Notes: a model not told the origin generated them from the letters alone. 64,000 bases of DNA from Camelus dromedarius (GCF_036321535.1 NC_087451.1:19716001-19780000); one strand, 5' to 3'. Shown: positions 25,380 through 40,823, counted from the first letter of the stretch. A program made the numbers and translations.

Positions 25380-25632
25380 CCTAGCTGACCCCCGCGATCC
25401 CGCCCCGCGCCCTTCTAACAGCTTGGCTTCCGGGAGCAGCCCCACTGGGGCACCGCCCCCCAAGGCGAGGGCGCCGATTGGCCAGCGCGATCGAGGGGCG
25501 GGGCCAGGCCTTAAAGGGTCGAGGGCCAGGGAAGACTGGCGGTGGCTGCTGCGAAACGCAGGGAGGGGATGCCACGTGGGCCTATGTGGGTTTCTTTTAA
25601 ATCTCTAGTGCCCAGACCCTAGTCTTAGGCCC
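25380..25632 (+). promoter_or_regulatory. RANGRF: RANGRF CpG-island promoter
   Basis: CpG-rich, inverted CCAAT (gattgg about 25476), GC box ggggcggggcc about 25495, directly upstream of the ATG. Confidence 0.7.
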
Positions 25633-26799
25633 ATGGAGCCCACGCAGGACTACCCACTGTTTGGGGGCGCCTTCTCAGCCACTCTCCCTCCCGGGGCCAT
25701 TGACGTAAGGTGAGACGGCCCGGGCGCCAAAGGAGGCTGACGTGGTGGGTTGCGGGCAAGAAGCGGGGTCAACCAGGGTCTACCTCGCCTCTCTCCAGCG
25801 ACCTTCGACCAGTCCCGGACAATCAAGAAGTTTTCTGCCATCGCGTGACAGACCAGAGCCTGATCGTGGAACTTCTGGAGCTGCAGGCCCACGTGCAGGG
25901 TGAAGAGGCTGCTCGGTGAGGACGTCGAGACGGCGGCTGGCCAATGGGAGAGCCAGAGCCGAAGAAGTGGGCGGGGCCGGTGGCTGGACGGTTAACCAGG
26001 GCAATGAAAACTCCAAGGGCAACACCTATCACCATAAGTGAGCGAAGCTTAGGACTTAAAAGATGCTTGTCGGGGGCGGTAAGAGATGTCCCTCCATGAC
26101 CCTGCTTCCCTCACTCCAGGTACCACTTTGAGGATGTTGCTGGGGTGCAGGAGGCTAGAGCTGTACAAGTGGAGGCTGTGCAGCCCCTCCCTTTGGAGAA
26201 CCTGGCCCTGAGGGGCTGCTGTCAAGAAGCCTGGATCCTCTCTGGCAAGCAGCAGGTAGCGAAAGAAAACCAGCAGGTGAGGGCCAAGGGAGTTTGAGAA
26301 GTCCTGGAGGGGCGAAAAGGGGTGGCCCCGGGGAATCAGGTAAGCATCCCGACTCTGATTCCTTTAGGTAGCAAAGTATGTGACATTGCACCAGGCCTTG
26401 CTGCGGCTGACCCAATACCAGACTGATCTCTTGCTCACCTTCAATCAGCCCCCGTAAGAAGCACAGAAAGGGTGCATGGCTTGTGACTGGGTCCCCATGA
26501 GAACTGGCTGGGAGGGGCAAAGCAGGGAGATCCGTTGGTGGGTCCTCCAAGGACGTGGGAGTAGGCCAGGGCTTTGGGGTCACAGACATCCAGGTCCTCT
26601 GGGGAACAGGAGATGGGAACTTACAAACCCAAGGCTTGGATGACGTTCTCTCTCTGTCTGTTCCTCACCTTCAAGCCCTGAGAATAGGTCATCTCTTGGC
26701 CCTGAAAATCTGTCACTTCTGCCCTGGAGCCTGGGTGACTTTGAACAGCTGGTGACCAGTCTGACCCTTCACGATCCCAACATCTTTAGTCCCCAATAA
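25633..26799 (+). CDS. RANGRF: RAN guanine nucleotide release factor (MOG1), 186 aa
   Basis: Exons 25633-25709, 25799-25915, 26120-26276, 26368-26453, 26676-26799 (561 nt). Translates [40 protein letters not shown]...[20 protein letters not shown], recognisably MOG1; GT-AG introns. Confidence 0.97.
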
Positions 26800-26933
26800 A
26801 GAAACTGAAATGCTGCACGATCATGATGCTGCTGAAGACCTGGAGCCCCTATTCTGCAAGGGGAGCAAGGGGTTGGATATAGTCCCCTAATTCCTTCCCA
26901 GTGCATAAACATAAGACACCTCCTCTCTGCAGA

Positions 26934-26939
26934 AATAAA
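26934..26939 (+). terminator. RANGRF: RANGRF distal poly(A) signal AATAAA
   Basis: AATAAA 135 nt after the stop, followed by T-rich sequence. Confidence 0.65.
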
Positions 26940-27353
26940 CTTGCTTTATATCCAATATAATATCTGTGCCTTTGAATCTAACAGAACACCTTGGTCCCCC
27001 CAATTCCCTTTGGTCTTGGACGGTGGAGTTTAAATTTGTGCATGGGATCAGAAGGGACTTGAGGCCGGCAGTGGAGAAAGGGAGGAAATACACTCTGGAG
27101 TGACTGATTCAGCCCTGAGAGAGGGGTGTGAAATGTACAGGGGTACAGGTAGGGAGGGTTTAAAGCGACACCCAAGGAACAGAGGGAAACTATCCCTTGT
27201 AGTGATTCAACCCTGAGAAAACAGATGGGGTATAGGGTTGGCTGTTCCCCCTCAGATGGACCATGGCAGGTCATCTGGTCAGAAGTCACCACACCGTGGT
27301 AATGGAGTGTCCAAGGAGTGCTGATTTGGTGGAGTGTGGAGGAGTGGCTGTTG

Positions 27354-30099
<2,746 letters not shown>

Positions 30100-30539
30100 G
30101 GTGGGTAGCAGTAGCAGGAACTGGCCCAGGAGTAAGAAAGTTAAAATGAGCTTTAGAAAGAGGGTCAGAAAATCAAGGGAAAATCTCAGTTCCAGCAGTC
30201 CAGGCTACAGGAGGTAGAGATTTAGACGTCTGTAGTCAAGAATGTCAGGGTCAAATGTCAAGAGGTCAGGGGTTAGCGGGAATTTGAGAGTCAGGAGCTG
30301 GCAAAGAAAGAAGAAATAATGAGTTTAGGAGAGTCTGGTGAGGAGGTTATGACGAGGACTTGTTAATTAAGGGATTTGAGGTCAAGGAGGGGCAAAAGCC
30401 AAGAGGACGGCAGGTGGGGTGCTTAGGATGACCGGCTACGGGGCCGGGAGAAGGGATAGGGAAACGGAGTTGGGAGACAGGGGCCAGGGAGGAAGGAAAA
30501 AGAAAATCAGCAGGTTAAGGAAAAGAATCCGGGAGAAGA

Positions 30540-31150
30540 TCCGTTGGCGTCCCCGGGACAGCAAGGAGATCTGGATCGGGGGAGGAAGTCGAGACTCCTG
30601 CAGAGAGTGAGCCTTCCCAGGCAGCTGCCAGTGCCGGCAGCAGCTTCACCCCTAGCAGCCAGCGGAGGCCGGGCCCCCACACTCCAGTCACCGGAGCGCC
30701 GCGCCCAATGGGGAGCCTTGGAGGGTCAGAGCCGAGAGCCTCAGCCAATCAGCGCTGAGCCGGCTCCGCGGCCAATGGGAGGCGCTCTCCGCGACCCGGC
30801 CCCCGGAATAGGCTGAGTGGCGGTTGGAATTAACTCTCCCTACGCTGGCGCCGGGGTCTGGGCTGCGGATTCGGAGCTCTGGGAGGGGTCCCCGGGAAGC
30901 GGAGGTTTTATCACTGGCCGCGAGGAGAGGCTGGACCCTGTGTTACTAGACGGGCCCAGAGGTGGAGTGAGCACGCAACAGCCCCATATTGGCATGCTTG
31001 GGACTGCTCCTCTTGCGGGCAGAGGGCTCCCTTCCTTCGCCATCTATCCCGGGACATTGCCAGGTGGGTTGCCAAACTGTAGATCCACACCCTCTCGGTT
31101 CAGGCACCAGAAGAGCCCGGAAGCTGCAGCTTCGCCCGTGGGGTAGGTGG
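30540..31150 (-). promoter_or_regulatory. SLC25A35: SLC25A35 CpG-island promoter with three CCAAT boxes
   Basis: CpG-rich; CCAAT at 30705, 30745, 30772 and ATTGG near 30988, about 0.6 kb upstream of the ATG. Confidence 0.7.
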
Positions 31151-32181
31151 GGCACACCTGCTGGACTGGACAGATCTCCTTATGCTGAGTAAAATATTTG
31201 TAGGTTCTAAGCGCCAGGGTGTGACTGGCTGCGGGCACAGAGGAATGGGTCCTGAAGGATGGCGAGGGAACGTAGTCACATCCCTATGCTCTTCTGGACC
31301 TCACAGCAACCCAGAGAATGCCGGACAGCCCAAAGCGGGATTTTAATCCCTGGTCTTAGGTTACACAGGGCCAGCAAATGGTGGGAGAGATCCTGAGATT
31401 CTGGACTCCTGTCTTGTTCATGAGCCTGGTAATCGTTAATCAAAGAAGAACTTCTAAGAAAAGGGACTAGGGAAGCTAGCTGGGAAGGGGTTGAGGGGGA
31501 AGGCTTGAAGAAAGATGACAAGAGAATAGGGAATATCATATGCGGCAGGAGTAGGTGGTAGCGCGTACACCTGTGTGTGAAGCAGCCACCAGACTTAGAA
31601 TACATTTTGAATTCCAGTTTGGGTCTTTCTGCTTACCAGCTGGATGGCCTTGAGCAAGTTACTTAACATCTCAGAGTCTCCTTTGTAAAAATGGGGATGA
31701 TAATTATCTATTGCACATACCTGAGTGAAAGTGTTGGACTTTCTCTAGGTGCTCAGTTATCAGTTTCCTGAAAAGTTAAGAGCTGTCAGAACCCTGTGCC
31801 CTTGTGTATGCTGTTCCCACTGTGCCCTTATTTGGGTGACCTCCAAATCATTCTTCAAATAGAGCTTCATCTCTCCTGATCCTTGAAGCTTTTTAGCCAC
31901 TTCATCCTGCTTTGCTCCTCAAGCATTTACCCTTGTTTCACATTTGTTTAGCAGCTGTTTACTCTCTGACTACTTGGTGAGTTCTTGGATACCCCCAGGG
32001 CTGGATTTGAATCCTCTCTGTCTCACCAGTGTACTGGTTAATCTTTGAGTCTTAGGGTGAGGCAGGAGGGTTGGAGGGCAAACTAGAGCAGATAATGGGG
32101 CTTCTCAGGAGAGGCTCTGAAAAGGTCCCCTGAAAATTTCTGAGGAAAGTTCCCCAAATGCTTCCATCTGGTTGCTGGGAT

Positions 32182-33278
32182 TGTCACCCAAAAAACTGGA
32201 TTCGCCACTTGGTGTGTGAAGGAAAAGCCCAGATGGGCTAATGAGCTAAGTCACAAATCTAAGTGTGATAAGTGTCAGTTTACTGATATAAGTTCTGCCG
32301 GGCTAACTCGTAAATCTGAAGTTTAGTGTCAGTTTACTGGGCTAACAAGCTAACTCTTAAATCCAAGCTCAACAAGTGTCAGTAACGTGATCTGTTCTGA
32401 ATTGATAAGCTTCAGTGTACTGATTCCTTGCTTTTTGTTGTTTGAACCTTATTGGCTAATAACCCCATACTTGTAATTAACCCTATAAAACCTCATGCGC
32501 ACGTCTTGGAGGTGCTCAGAGCTTCGGAGCAGAAGCCCCTCTGAGCCCGCCGTCGTAATAAATCTGAGTACTCCAACCCTCCGAGTGGTGCTTGTTTCTT
32601 GGCTGGCCTGTCATTTCCGTAACAGGTGAACATTGAGCCAAAATATACAACCAAGCCAAAGAGCAGGAGAATGAAGGAATTATTACTTGTAGCAAGTAAG
32701 AAGGACACCAGAGATCTTTCCCAAAGCAGTGTCTCCCCAAACAGCAAAACTGGGGAAGTTTTCAGCTAAGGGTACATGCATATTCGTGAAAGGGTTTGGG
32801 TGATATGTGCTTATTTCTGAAGGGGCTGGAGCAAAAGAAAATTCAGCATAGAATTAGGGCAAAGGTTGCTAGAGTACAAGTTTTGGTTGAGAAATCTGGA
32901 GGGTCAGAAAAAGATTAACATCTTCATTCCTTATGTTCAGAAAGGTCTGTGGTCTTAGCACAGAGTTACCATCCTCCACCTGCATGGGGGCCTTAGTTCC
33001 TGCAGAACAACTGAAAGATACATATCAGATTGTTATGTATATCCCTTGAGGAGGACCTAAGACTGTTTTACACTGAACTATTGTTTCTTGAATGCTTTTC
33101 CTTTGTTCCTGCATTCTTTTGTTCCCCTAAAATTCTTAATTACTGAGACCTGTTCTAGGGTAAGCATTGTGACTGTGCTTAGATCACAAAATTGCTTCGG
33201 CCTGAAATGGCTTCTCTTACGCCAAGAAAGCCATGCCTGGGATTCTCTGTGGGGACCCCCTTACTCTATCTGCTTACA
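32182..33278 (-). mobile_element. ERV1-type solo LTR interrupted by a younger LTR
   Basis: TG...CA termini, 4-bp TSD ggat/gggt; the halves rejoin across the nested element. Confidence 0.65.
32215..32624 (+). mobile_element. Young ERV1-type solo LTR, 410 bp
   Basis: TGTGAA...TAACA termini, perfect TSD GGTG, internal repeats agtgtcagt, ATTGG, TATAAAA at about 32483, AATAAA at about 32557. Confidence 0.85.
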
Positions 33279-33309
33279 GGGTGAGAGTTCATCATTGTTT
33301 TGATCTTTG

Positions 33310-33460
33310 AGTTTATACCAGCAGCAGCAGCACTCGGGAACTTAATAGAAATGCAAATTCTCTAGTCCCACCTCAGACCTCCTGCACCTGAAGGTGGGGC
33401 TTGACAAGAGGTTTAATAAGCCTTCTAGGTTATTCTGATATGTGCTTAAGTTTTAGAACT
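33310..33460. mobile_element. MER5A-like hAT-Charlie fragment
   Basis: aatagaaatgcaaattctc...cccacctcagacct...aataagccttctagg...ttttagaac. Other hAT-like fragments at about 15100-15310, 22630-22790, 47080-47270, 55000-55270. Confidence 0.7.
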
Positions 33461-33826
33461 GTGCTTATGTCTCTTAATATCCAGATGCTCTAGAGATAGA
33501 CAACTTTTAAAGTGTTATTTTAAAAAAATAAACTCAATTTTTAGACCAGTTTCTGTTTACAGAAAAAATTGTAAAGATACTGTGAGAGTTCCCATATACC
33601 CCACATCCAATTTCTCTTATTAATATTTTACATTGATATGATATGTTATAATAAATGAACAAATATTAATTCATTATTGTTAACTAAAGTCCATATTTTA
33701 TTCAAATGTCCTTCATTTTTGCTTGAAGTTCTTTTTCTCTTCCAGGATTCCATCCAGGATACCCCATTACATTTAGTTGTCTTATCTCCTTGGGCTCCTC
33801 CTCGCTGTGACAGTTTTTTAAACTTT

Positions 33827-34398
33827 TGTTATAGAAGAAAAAAGTTCACGTGCCCGACGCACAGTGAAGCCAAACAAACAAGAAATGTGAGAGTTTGGAA
33901 CAAAGAAAAGTTTACTGCAGGGCCAAGCAAGGAGAATGGGTGGCTCCTGCTGAAAAAACCCGACCTCCTCGGTAGTTTTCAAAATGGGAGAAGCTTTTAA
34001 CAGACAAAATTTGCCATGAGGGCTTCAGGGCATGTGACTTTTTTTGATTGGTTTGTGATGAGGTAATAGGGCCATGTTCCAGGAATCTGCTCAGCCTGAA
34101 GTTGCCATCCTCCACCTGGGTGGGAGCCTTAGTTCCTGCAGCAGAACTCAAAAATATTGTCCTGTATATCCCTTGAGCAGGAACCAGGATCCTGCTTTAA
34201 TAGTCTCACTGTCATATTTTGATTGTTCCTCCTTTGCTTCTACATTCCCTTGCTTCCCTGGTTAGCAGCTTTTTGAATCTGCTCTTTGAAACTCAGGAAG
34301 GTCTAGGCGGCTGAAACCTTTGGGGTTGGGGGGGAGGGACAATGACATGGGAAGGCTTTTGTGCCCAGGAGGGCCCCACATGGTCCTGCTCAATTTCA
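33827..34398 (-). mobile_element. ERV1-type solo LTR inserted in an old L1
   Basis: TGTTA...TTTCA termini, perfect TSD CTTT, AGTAAA on the minus strand near the left end. Confidence 0.75.
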
Positions 34399-36191
34399 CT
34401 TTCCTTGTTTTTGGTGACCTTGACAGTTTTGAGGAGTACTGGGCAGGTCTTCTGTAGAATGTCCCTCTACTGGGTTTTTTTTCTCATGATTGGACTGAGG
34501 TGGTGGGGTTTTGAGAGGAAGACTATACAGGTAACTGTCATTCATCACATCATATCAAGGATGCTACTAGATACATACTGTCAAAGTGATATCACTGTTG
34601 ATGTTGACCTTGATCACCAGGCTGAGATAGTATTTGTCAGGTTTCTCTGTTGTAAATTCATTATTTTTTCCTCCTTTCCATACTGTACTCTTTGGAAGGA
34701 AATCACTATGCACATCCCACATTTAAGGAGGGGAGAGTTAGGCTCCACCTCCTTGAGAGAGAGGTATCTACATAAATTATTTGGAATTCTGCATGGGAGA
34801 TCTGTCTCCCTCATTTATTAATTCAAGTATTTATTTCTGTCAGTATGGACTCATGGATATTTATTTTGTAGTTTAGGTTATAATCCAAAATACTTTATTT
34901 TCTTGATCAAATTTTTCTGGTTTTGGCCTTTGGGAGCTCTTTTCCTGATTTCTGTGTTTCTTTGCCATATCCTCATCAAAATTCTTTTAAAAGAAAATTT
35001 TAAAGCATTTATTTACATTTTGGCAGTATACCTTATCAACTAGAATACAGTGCTTATGTGTAATTTCTTTTGCCTTTGGTCTTAAAGACTCCACTCAACT
35101 CCAAAGTTACTTAGGTCAGCACCCCCCACCCTTTTTGTAAAGTTGTTTCATACATTTGTAATACAGTTAGATTTGGTCACATTCTGCATTCCTTCCTGGG
35201 ATCCTCTGACCTCCAAAATTATTTTTTTTATCATGCATACATTAAGCAAGTTATGCTTCATAATTTGTTCTTTGTAAGTTCTACGGGTTTTGACAAATGT
35301 ATTATATGAACTAGTCTCACTACCCTAAAAAAGTCCCCTGTGTATCACCTATTCAACCCTCCCTAGAAATGACTGATCTTTCTACTGTATATTTTTGCCT
35401 TTTCCAGAATATCAGATTGTTGGGACCATAAGAAATGTAGCCTTTTCAGACTGGCTGCTTTGACTTAATATGCACNNNNNNNNNNNNNNNNNNNNNNNNN
35501 NNNNNNNNNNNNNNNNNNNNNNNNNNNNNNNNNNNNNNNNNNNNNNNNNNNNNNNNNNNNNNNNNNNNNNNNNNNNNNNNNNNNNNNNNNNNNNNNNNNN
35601 NNNNNNNNNNNNNNNNNNNNNNNNNNNNNNNNNNNNNNNNNNNNNNNNNNNNNNNNNNNNAGAAATTAGTTTTCAGATTGGCTTAATTAATACCTCGGAG
35701 TGTAAATGCTGAGTTGAGTGATAAGACCATGTTTAGCTTTGTAAGAAATTACCAAACTCTCTTCCAAAGTGGCTGCACCATTTTTGCCTTCCCANNNNNN
35801 NNNNNNNNNNNNNNNNNNNNNNNNNNNNNNNNNNNNNNNNNNNNNNNNNNNNNNNNNNNNNNNNNNNNNNNNNNNNNNNNNNNNNNNNNNNNNNNNNNNN
35901 NNNNNNNNNNNNNNNNNNNNNNNNNNNNNTTGAGCATCTCTTCGTATGCTTTTTGCCATCTGTATATCTTCTTTTTTTCAGCTTTATTGAGGTATTAACA
36001 TATATCATATGTAAGTTTAAGATGTACGACTTGATGATTTGATACATGTATATATTGTGAAATGATTACCACAATAAGGTTAGCACTGCCATTCTCTCAC
36101 ATAATTACCGTGTGTGTGTGTGCGCGCGCGTGCCTGGTGATAACTTTTAAGAACTACTCTCTTAACAACCTTCAAGTACGTAATACAGTAT

Positions 36192-36843
36192 TGTTACGAA
36201 AATGGGGCTTGAGAGGATGGCCATGTTCTAGGTCATGGGCGAGTCCCTGGGACTTGCCTCTTCAAGTGAGGGTCCTTGGCTTCGCAGAGGAAAGAATTCA
36301 AGAGTGAAACATAGTAAAGTGAAAGCAAGTTTATTCAGGGAGATACATACTCCACAGACAGAGTGCAGGGTTTCTCAAAAGGCAAGAGACTGAGAGGCAA
36401 GAGGCTTAGGAGATATACATTTCATAGGAAGAATATGGTTCGTGTCAATCAGAAGGGAGAGTCGCCTAGAGGTGCAGGGGCGGTTAGTTTTTATGGGTTC
36501 AGTAGTTTCATATGCTAACAAGTGGGAAGATTATTCCAGCTATTTTGGGGGAGGGGCAGGGATTCCCAGGAACTGGGCCACCGCCTACTTCTTGGCCTTT
36601 TATTTCCAGCCTTGGAACTGTCATGGCACCTGTGGGTATACCATTTAGTATGTTAATACATTATGATGAGTGAATAATAAGGCTCAGTGTCTACTGGAAG
36701 TCGTATATTCCACTATATTGGGCCTCAAGATCTTCTGGGAGTTGAATCTTCTGCCATTTTGGCTGTAACCAGGTGATGTCTTATCCTCAATTGCTGTGTC
36801 TTTCTTTTAATGGTTGTGCCCTGCCCCCTTCCCTCCTGTTTCA
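36192..36843 (-). mobile_element. ERV1-type solo LTR nested in an L1 3' fragment
   Basis: TGTTACG...TTTCA termini, TSD gtat/gtgt, tttatt at about 36330. Confidence 0.75.
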
Positions 36844-39800
36844 GTGTTGTTAATTACCCTTGACATTGTGTACGCTAGATCCCCAGAACTTACTCATCTC
36901 ATAGCTGGAAATGTATACCCTTATATACATTCTTTAGTGAGGTATTTGTTCAGATCTTTTCCCCATTTTTAAATTGGGTTTAAATTTTTTTCTTATTGTT
37001 GAGTTTGAGTTATTTGTGTGTTTTGGATAGCAGTCCTTTATCAGAAATGTGTTTTGCAAGTATTTACTCCCAGTCTGTGAGTTGTCCTTTCATTCTCTTA
37101 ACATTGTCTTATACAGAGCAGAAGCTTCATTCCCCCCTTGGTTGAATACATTATTTATATTCATATTCAGAATTTTTTTTAATGAAAAACAAATTTTTAT
37201 TTTGTTAAGCCACTGAAATGTAGCTATTACAACAAATAGGATTACCTTAATTGATGCAGAAGTTTTAATTATAATAAAATATATTATTTTCTTTCCTGGA
37301 TTGTGTTTTTGGTGGTGTATCTAAAAACATATTGCCAAACGCTAGGTTGCCTAAATTATCTCCTGGGTTTTATTTTAGGAATTTCATAGTTTTATATTTT
37401 ATATATTTTACAATTAGGTCTATGATCTTTTTTGAGTGTGAAAAACGTAAGGCCCGTGTCTAGGTTGATTTTTTACATATGGACATCCAGTTATTCCAGC
37501 AACTTTTGTTGAAAAGACTATCCTTTCTCCATTGAACTGCCTTTGCTCCTTTGTCAAAAATCAGTTTTCCCAGGGGATATAGTCAATCTTTTATAACAAC
37601 TACAAATGGAGTATAATCTATAAAAATTTAAGTCACTATGTTGTACACTTGAAACTAATATAATATTGTAAATTAACTATACCTCAATTAAAAACTTTTT
37701 TTAATTGACAAAGAGTTGACTATATTTGGTTTGGTCTATTTCTGTTGATCTGTGTGTCTGCCCCACCCCACAACACCATGCTGTGTTGATTACCATAGGC
37801 TGTGATCATTTTCTTCCTGGATATGAATGGAATGTCCTGAGACAAGTTTGAGGGGAATGGACAGGGAACACAAAGATGGCCCCAAGTCTGAGAGAAGGGG
37901 TGAAACCGTGGAGAAAGGAGGGTGGCCTGAAGGGTACCCGCTGTGCCTGCCTCTTCTGCATGTTTGCCTGGGGTGGCCTAGACACTGTTGGGTTCATATT
38001 GGATGCCAGGCCCCACACCTGAAGTGCTCAGACTCCACCTGGTGGCAGTTGGACAGAATCCTCTATCTTCACTGAGATCCAAACCTGAATGGATTCCCAG
38101 AGCAGGCCAGGGTTTCCTCACTGCCCCTTCTTGATTTATCCCACACCACAGGCAGGCTATCTACCCCAAATGTCTTTCTACACAGAAAAGAGGGCCAGGT
38201 GTTCTGTACTCTGTGAAAGATTCTGTTGGAGTTCAAAGTTCCGGCCCTACCAGAGGCCAGTGGGACTCAACACTCCTTTCATTATGAGCTCCTCTCCCTT
38301 TGCAAGAGTTTTTTGGTTGTTAAGTGACAGAAACCCAATTCAACTGATTTACAAAAAGGGAATTTATTGACACACATAACTGAAAAGTGCAAACACAGAT
38401 ATGATTTCAGGCCAGAAGGATCAAGGACTTAAATGTGTCCCTCCCCGCCTCTCCCCTATGATCGTTTAATTCTCAGGCTACCTTACCGACAGCCACCAGC
38501 AGCTCCAGGCCTAAATTCCACAGCTCAGCATCCCCACTGCTAAGACAGTGTTTTGATTATTGCTGCATAATGAATCAACCCTAAAACTTAGTGACTTAAA
38601 ACAAGCCATTTCATTGCTCATGAGTTTGTGGATCAAGAATTTGCATAGGGCTCAGTGGGGATGCTCTTGTGGTATCAGATGGGTGCTTGACTGGGGCTGA
38701 AAGATCCAAGATGGCCTTGCCCACATGTCTTAAGACCTTGGTCCTAGCTGAAGGCTGGGCATCCTGGTTCTCCAAGTGGCTTCTCTCGCCATGTGACCTC
38801 TTACCCTTCAGTAGTCAAACCCATTCATCTGTACATGGAGGCTATATTCTAAGACAACAAAGTGGAAGCTGCCAGTCCTCTTAAGCCCCAGGACCCAAAC
38901 AGGCAGTGTCTCTTCCTCCACATTGTCTTGATCAAATCAAGTCACCGGACCAGCCAAAACTGAACTGGAGGGGAAATAAATTGTTCTTGACGGGAGTTAG
39001 AGGCAGTCACATTGCAAAAGGGCATTTGGAATGGGAGGGATCATAGCAGTCATCTTTGAAAGCAATCTAGCAGAGAGTAGAGTCTTTTCCAATAATTTGT
39101 GCAGAAGTTCTGTGTGAATTACACTTTGGCCCTGCTTGTGTCATAGGCTCACCCCTGAACCAATCTCAGTAGGTAGGGAAGAGAGAGTGTGCTTACTGGC
39201 TGCTCCTGGGCCATACCTTCCCCCAGAATGGGCCATGTTGACCCAGAATGATGGAACGGTGGGTCCCCAAAAGAAAGCTAGGTGCTGGTATCAGAAGAGG
39301 GGGAAGGGGTGGGAAACTGGTTAAAACTCTTGCTGTCCACTCCCCCACCTGCTCAGAAACCTCAGTGCTGTTCTGCCCTGTCTGGTTGCCCATGATATGG
39401 CCTCCACTTGTTCCTCCAGCCTCACTCCTCTCTTTCTATTTCAGCTAAACTTCCCTTTCAGAGTCCTCCAGACCGGCCTACTTTCCTCCTCACTGTGCCT
39501 GTGTTTCCCTGGTCTCCCCAAATGGTCACCCATGCCTTGCCTCTTGGCCTGACCAAACTCTACCTGATTTTCAAGAAACAGTCTAAGTACCTCTCCTCCA
39601 CGAACCCTTTCCTAACAACCAGGCGACTGACATAAGGAAGACTGAAGAAGGATTGATGTTGCCTGATGTGGTGGTAAATGGATGAGAGAGGAAGACCTCA
39701 GGACTCCTCCATCCTTCCTGAAAAGAAATGATCTGTAGGGAAGGAGAGCCAGGGGAGTAGTGGGCTTTACAGAGGATTCCATTCAGTTTGGTTCAATTCA

Positions 39801-40734
39801 TCAAATATTAAATACCTATTATCATATGCCTGACCCTGTTCCAGAATTTTAGGATACATCAGTGAACAAAAAAGATAAAGATCCTGCCTCCAGGAAGCTT
39901 ACTTTCTAATGTGAAAAGATAATTAACTATAAACACAATATGTCAATTTAATAGTAAGCTACACACTACATTATTAGGCATGATTGCTATGGGAAAAAAG
40001 GCAGGTTGGGAACATGGTGTCAGGTTGTGGATTGTGATTTTACAGTGGCAGGTAGCCTCATTGAGAAGGTGGTATCTGAGGAATGACTTAAGAGAAGTGA
40101 GGGAATCAATCACGAGGATGTCTTGGGAAGGAGGTTTCCAGGCAGAAGGTACAGCCAGTGCAAAGGCCCTGGGGCAGGAATGTGCCTGAGAGGAGAGGTG
40201 GGGGAGACTTCCAACCTGGAAGCACAGTGTTGGTCACTGAAAGGACGTCGTCTTTTACTCTGAGGAAAAATGGGTTAAAACGTATTTCTATCCCAGTTTT
40301 CTGGCCTGTCTTCTTAGTGTCTTGTTTGGTGTGTGTGTGTATGAAGACCTGGCAAAAACAGGCACCTGGGCATGGGCAAAGGCCCCCAGAGTTCAAAGTT
40401 CATAACTGCCCTTGGTCTTCCTCCCACTACCCGAATTCCCAGGCAGGGGTGTGGCTCATTCTGCCACCTCAGTTGTTTTTACGACACACCCCGAGCCCTG
40501 AGAACTCAGCTCCTCAACCATAAAGCAAATTAGAGGTGAGAGGAACACCCGCCCACCCACGTAGGGGTTACTGACTCCCGGCCAGCCAACATCAAACCTC
40601 CCAGTGGAACAGAGAGAGTCAGGCGCTGGGACGCTGAGAGACATGGATTGAGAATGGAGAGTAGGCAAGGGGGCCCAGCATACCCACCTGGAGGAAACAG
40701 ATCTCAGATCTCCCTCCTGACCTCCCTATCTCCA

Positions 40735-40745
40735 CACACCCCTCA

Positions 40746-40781
<36 letters not shown>

Positions 40782-40785
40782 CTCA

Positions 40786-40821
<36 letters not shown>
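40735..40821. repeat. Compound (CA)n microsatellite, two 40-bp units
   Basis: cccctcac(ca)n repeated twice at 40-nt spacing. Confidence 0.95.

Positions 40822-40823
<2 letters not shown>

Larger units (their letters stand above)
33490..37800 (-). mobile_element. Old L1 with nested L1 fragments and LTRs
   Basis: Reverse L1 3' motifs through 33490-37800; younger L1 3' end at about 35985-36925; forward L1 tail at about 37570-37700. Confidence 0.8.
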
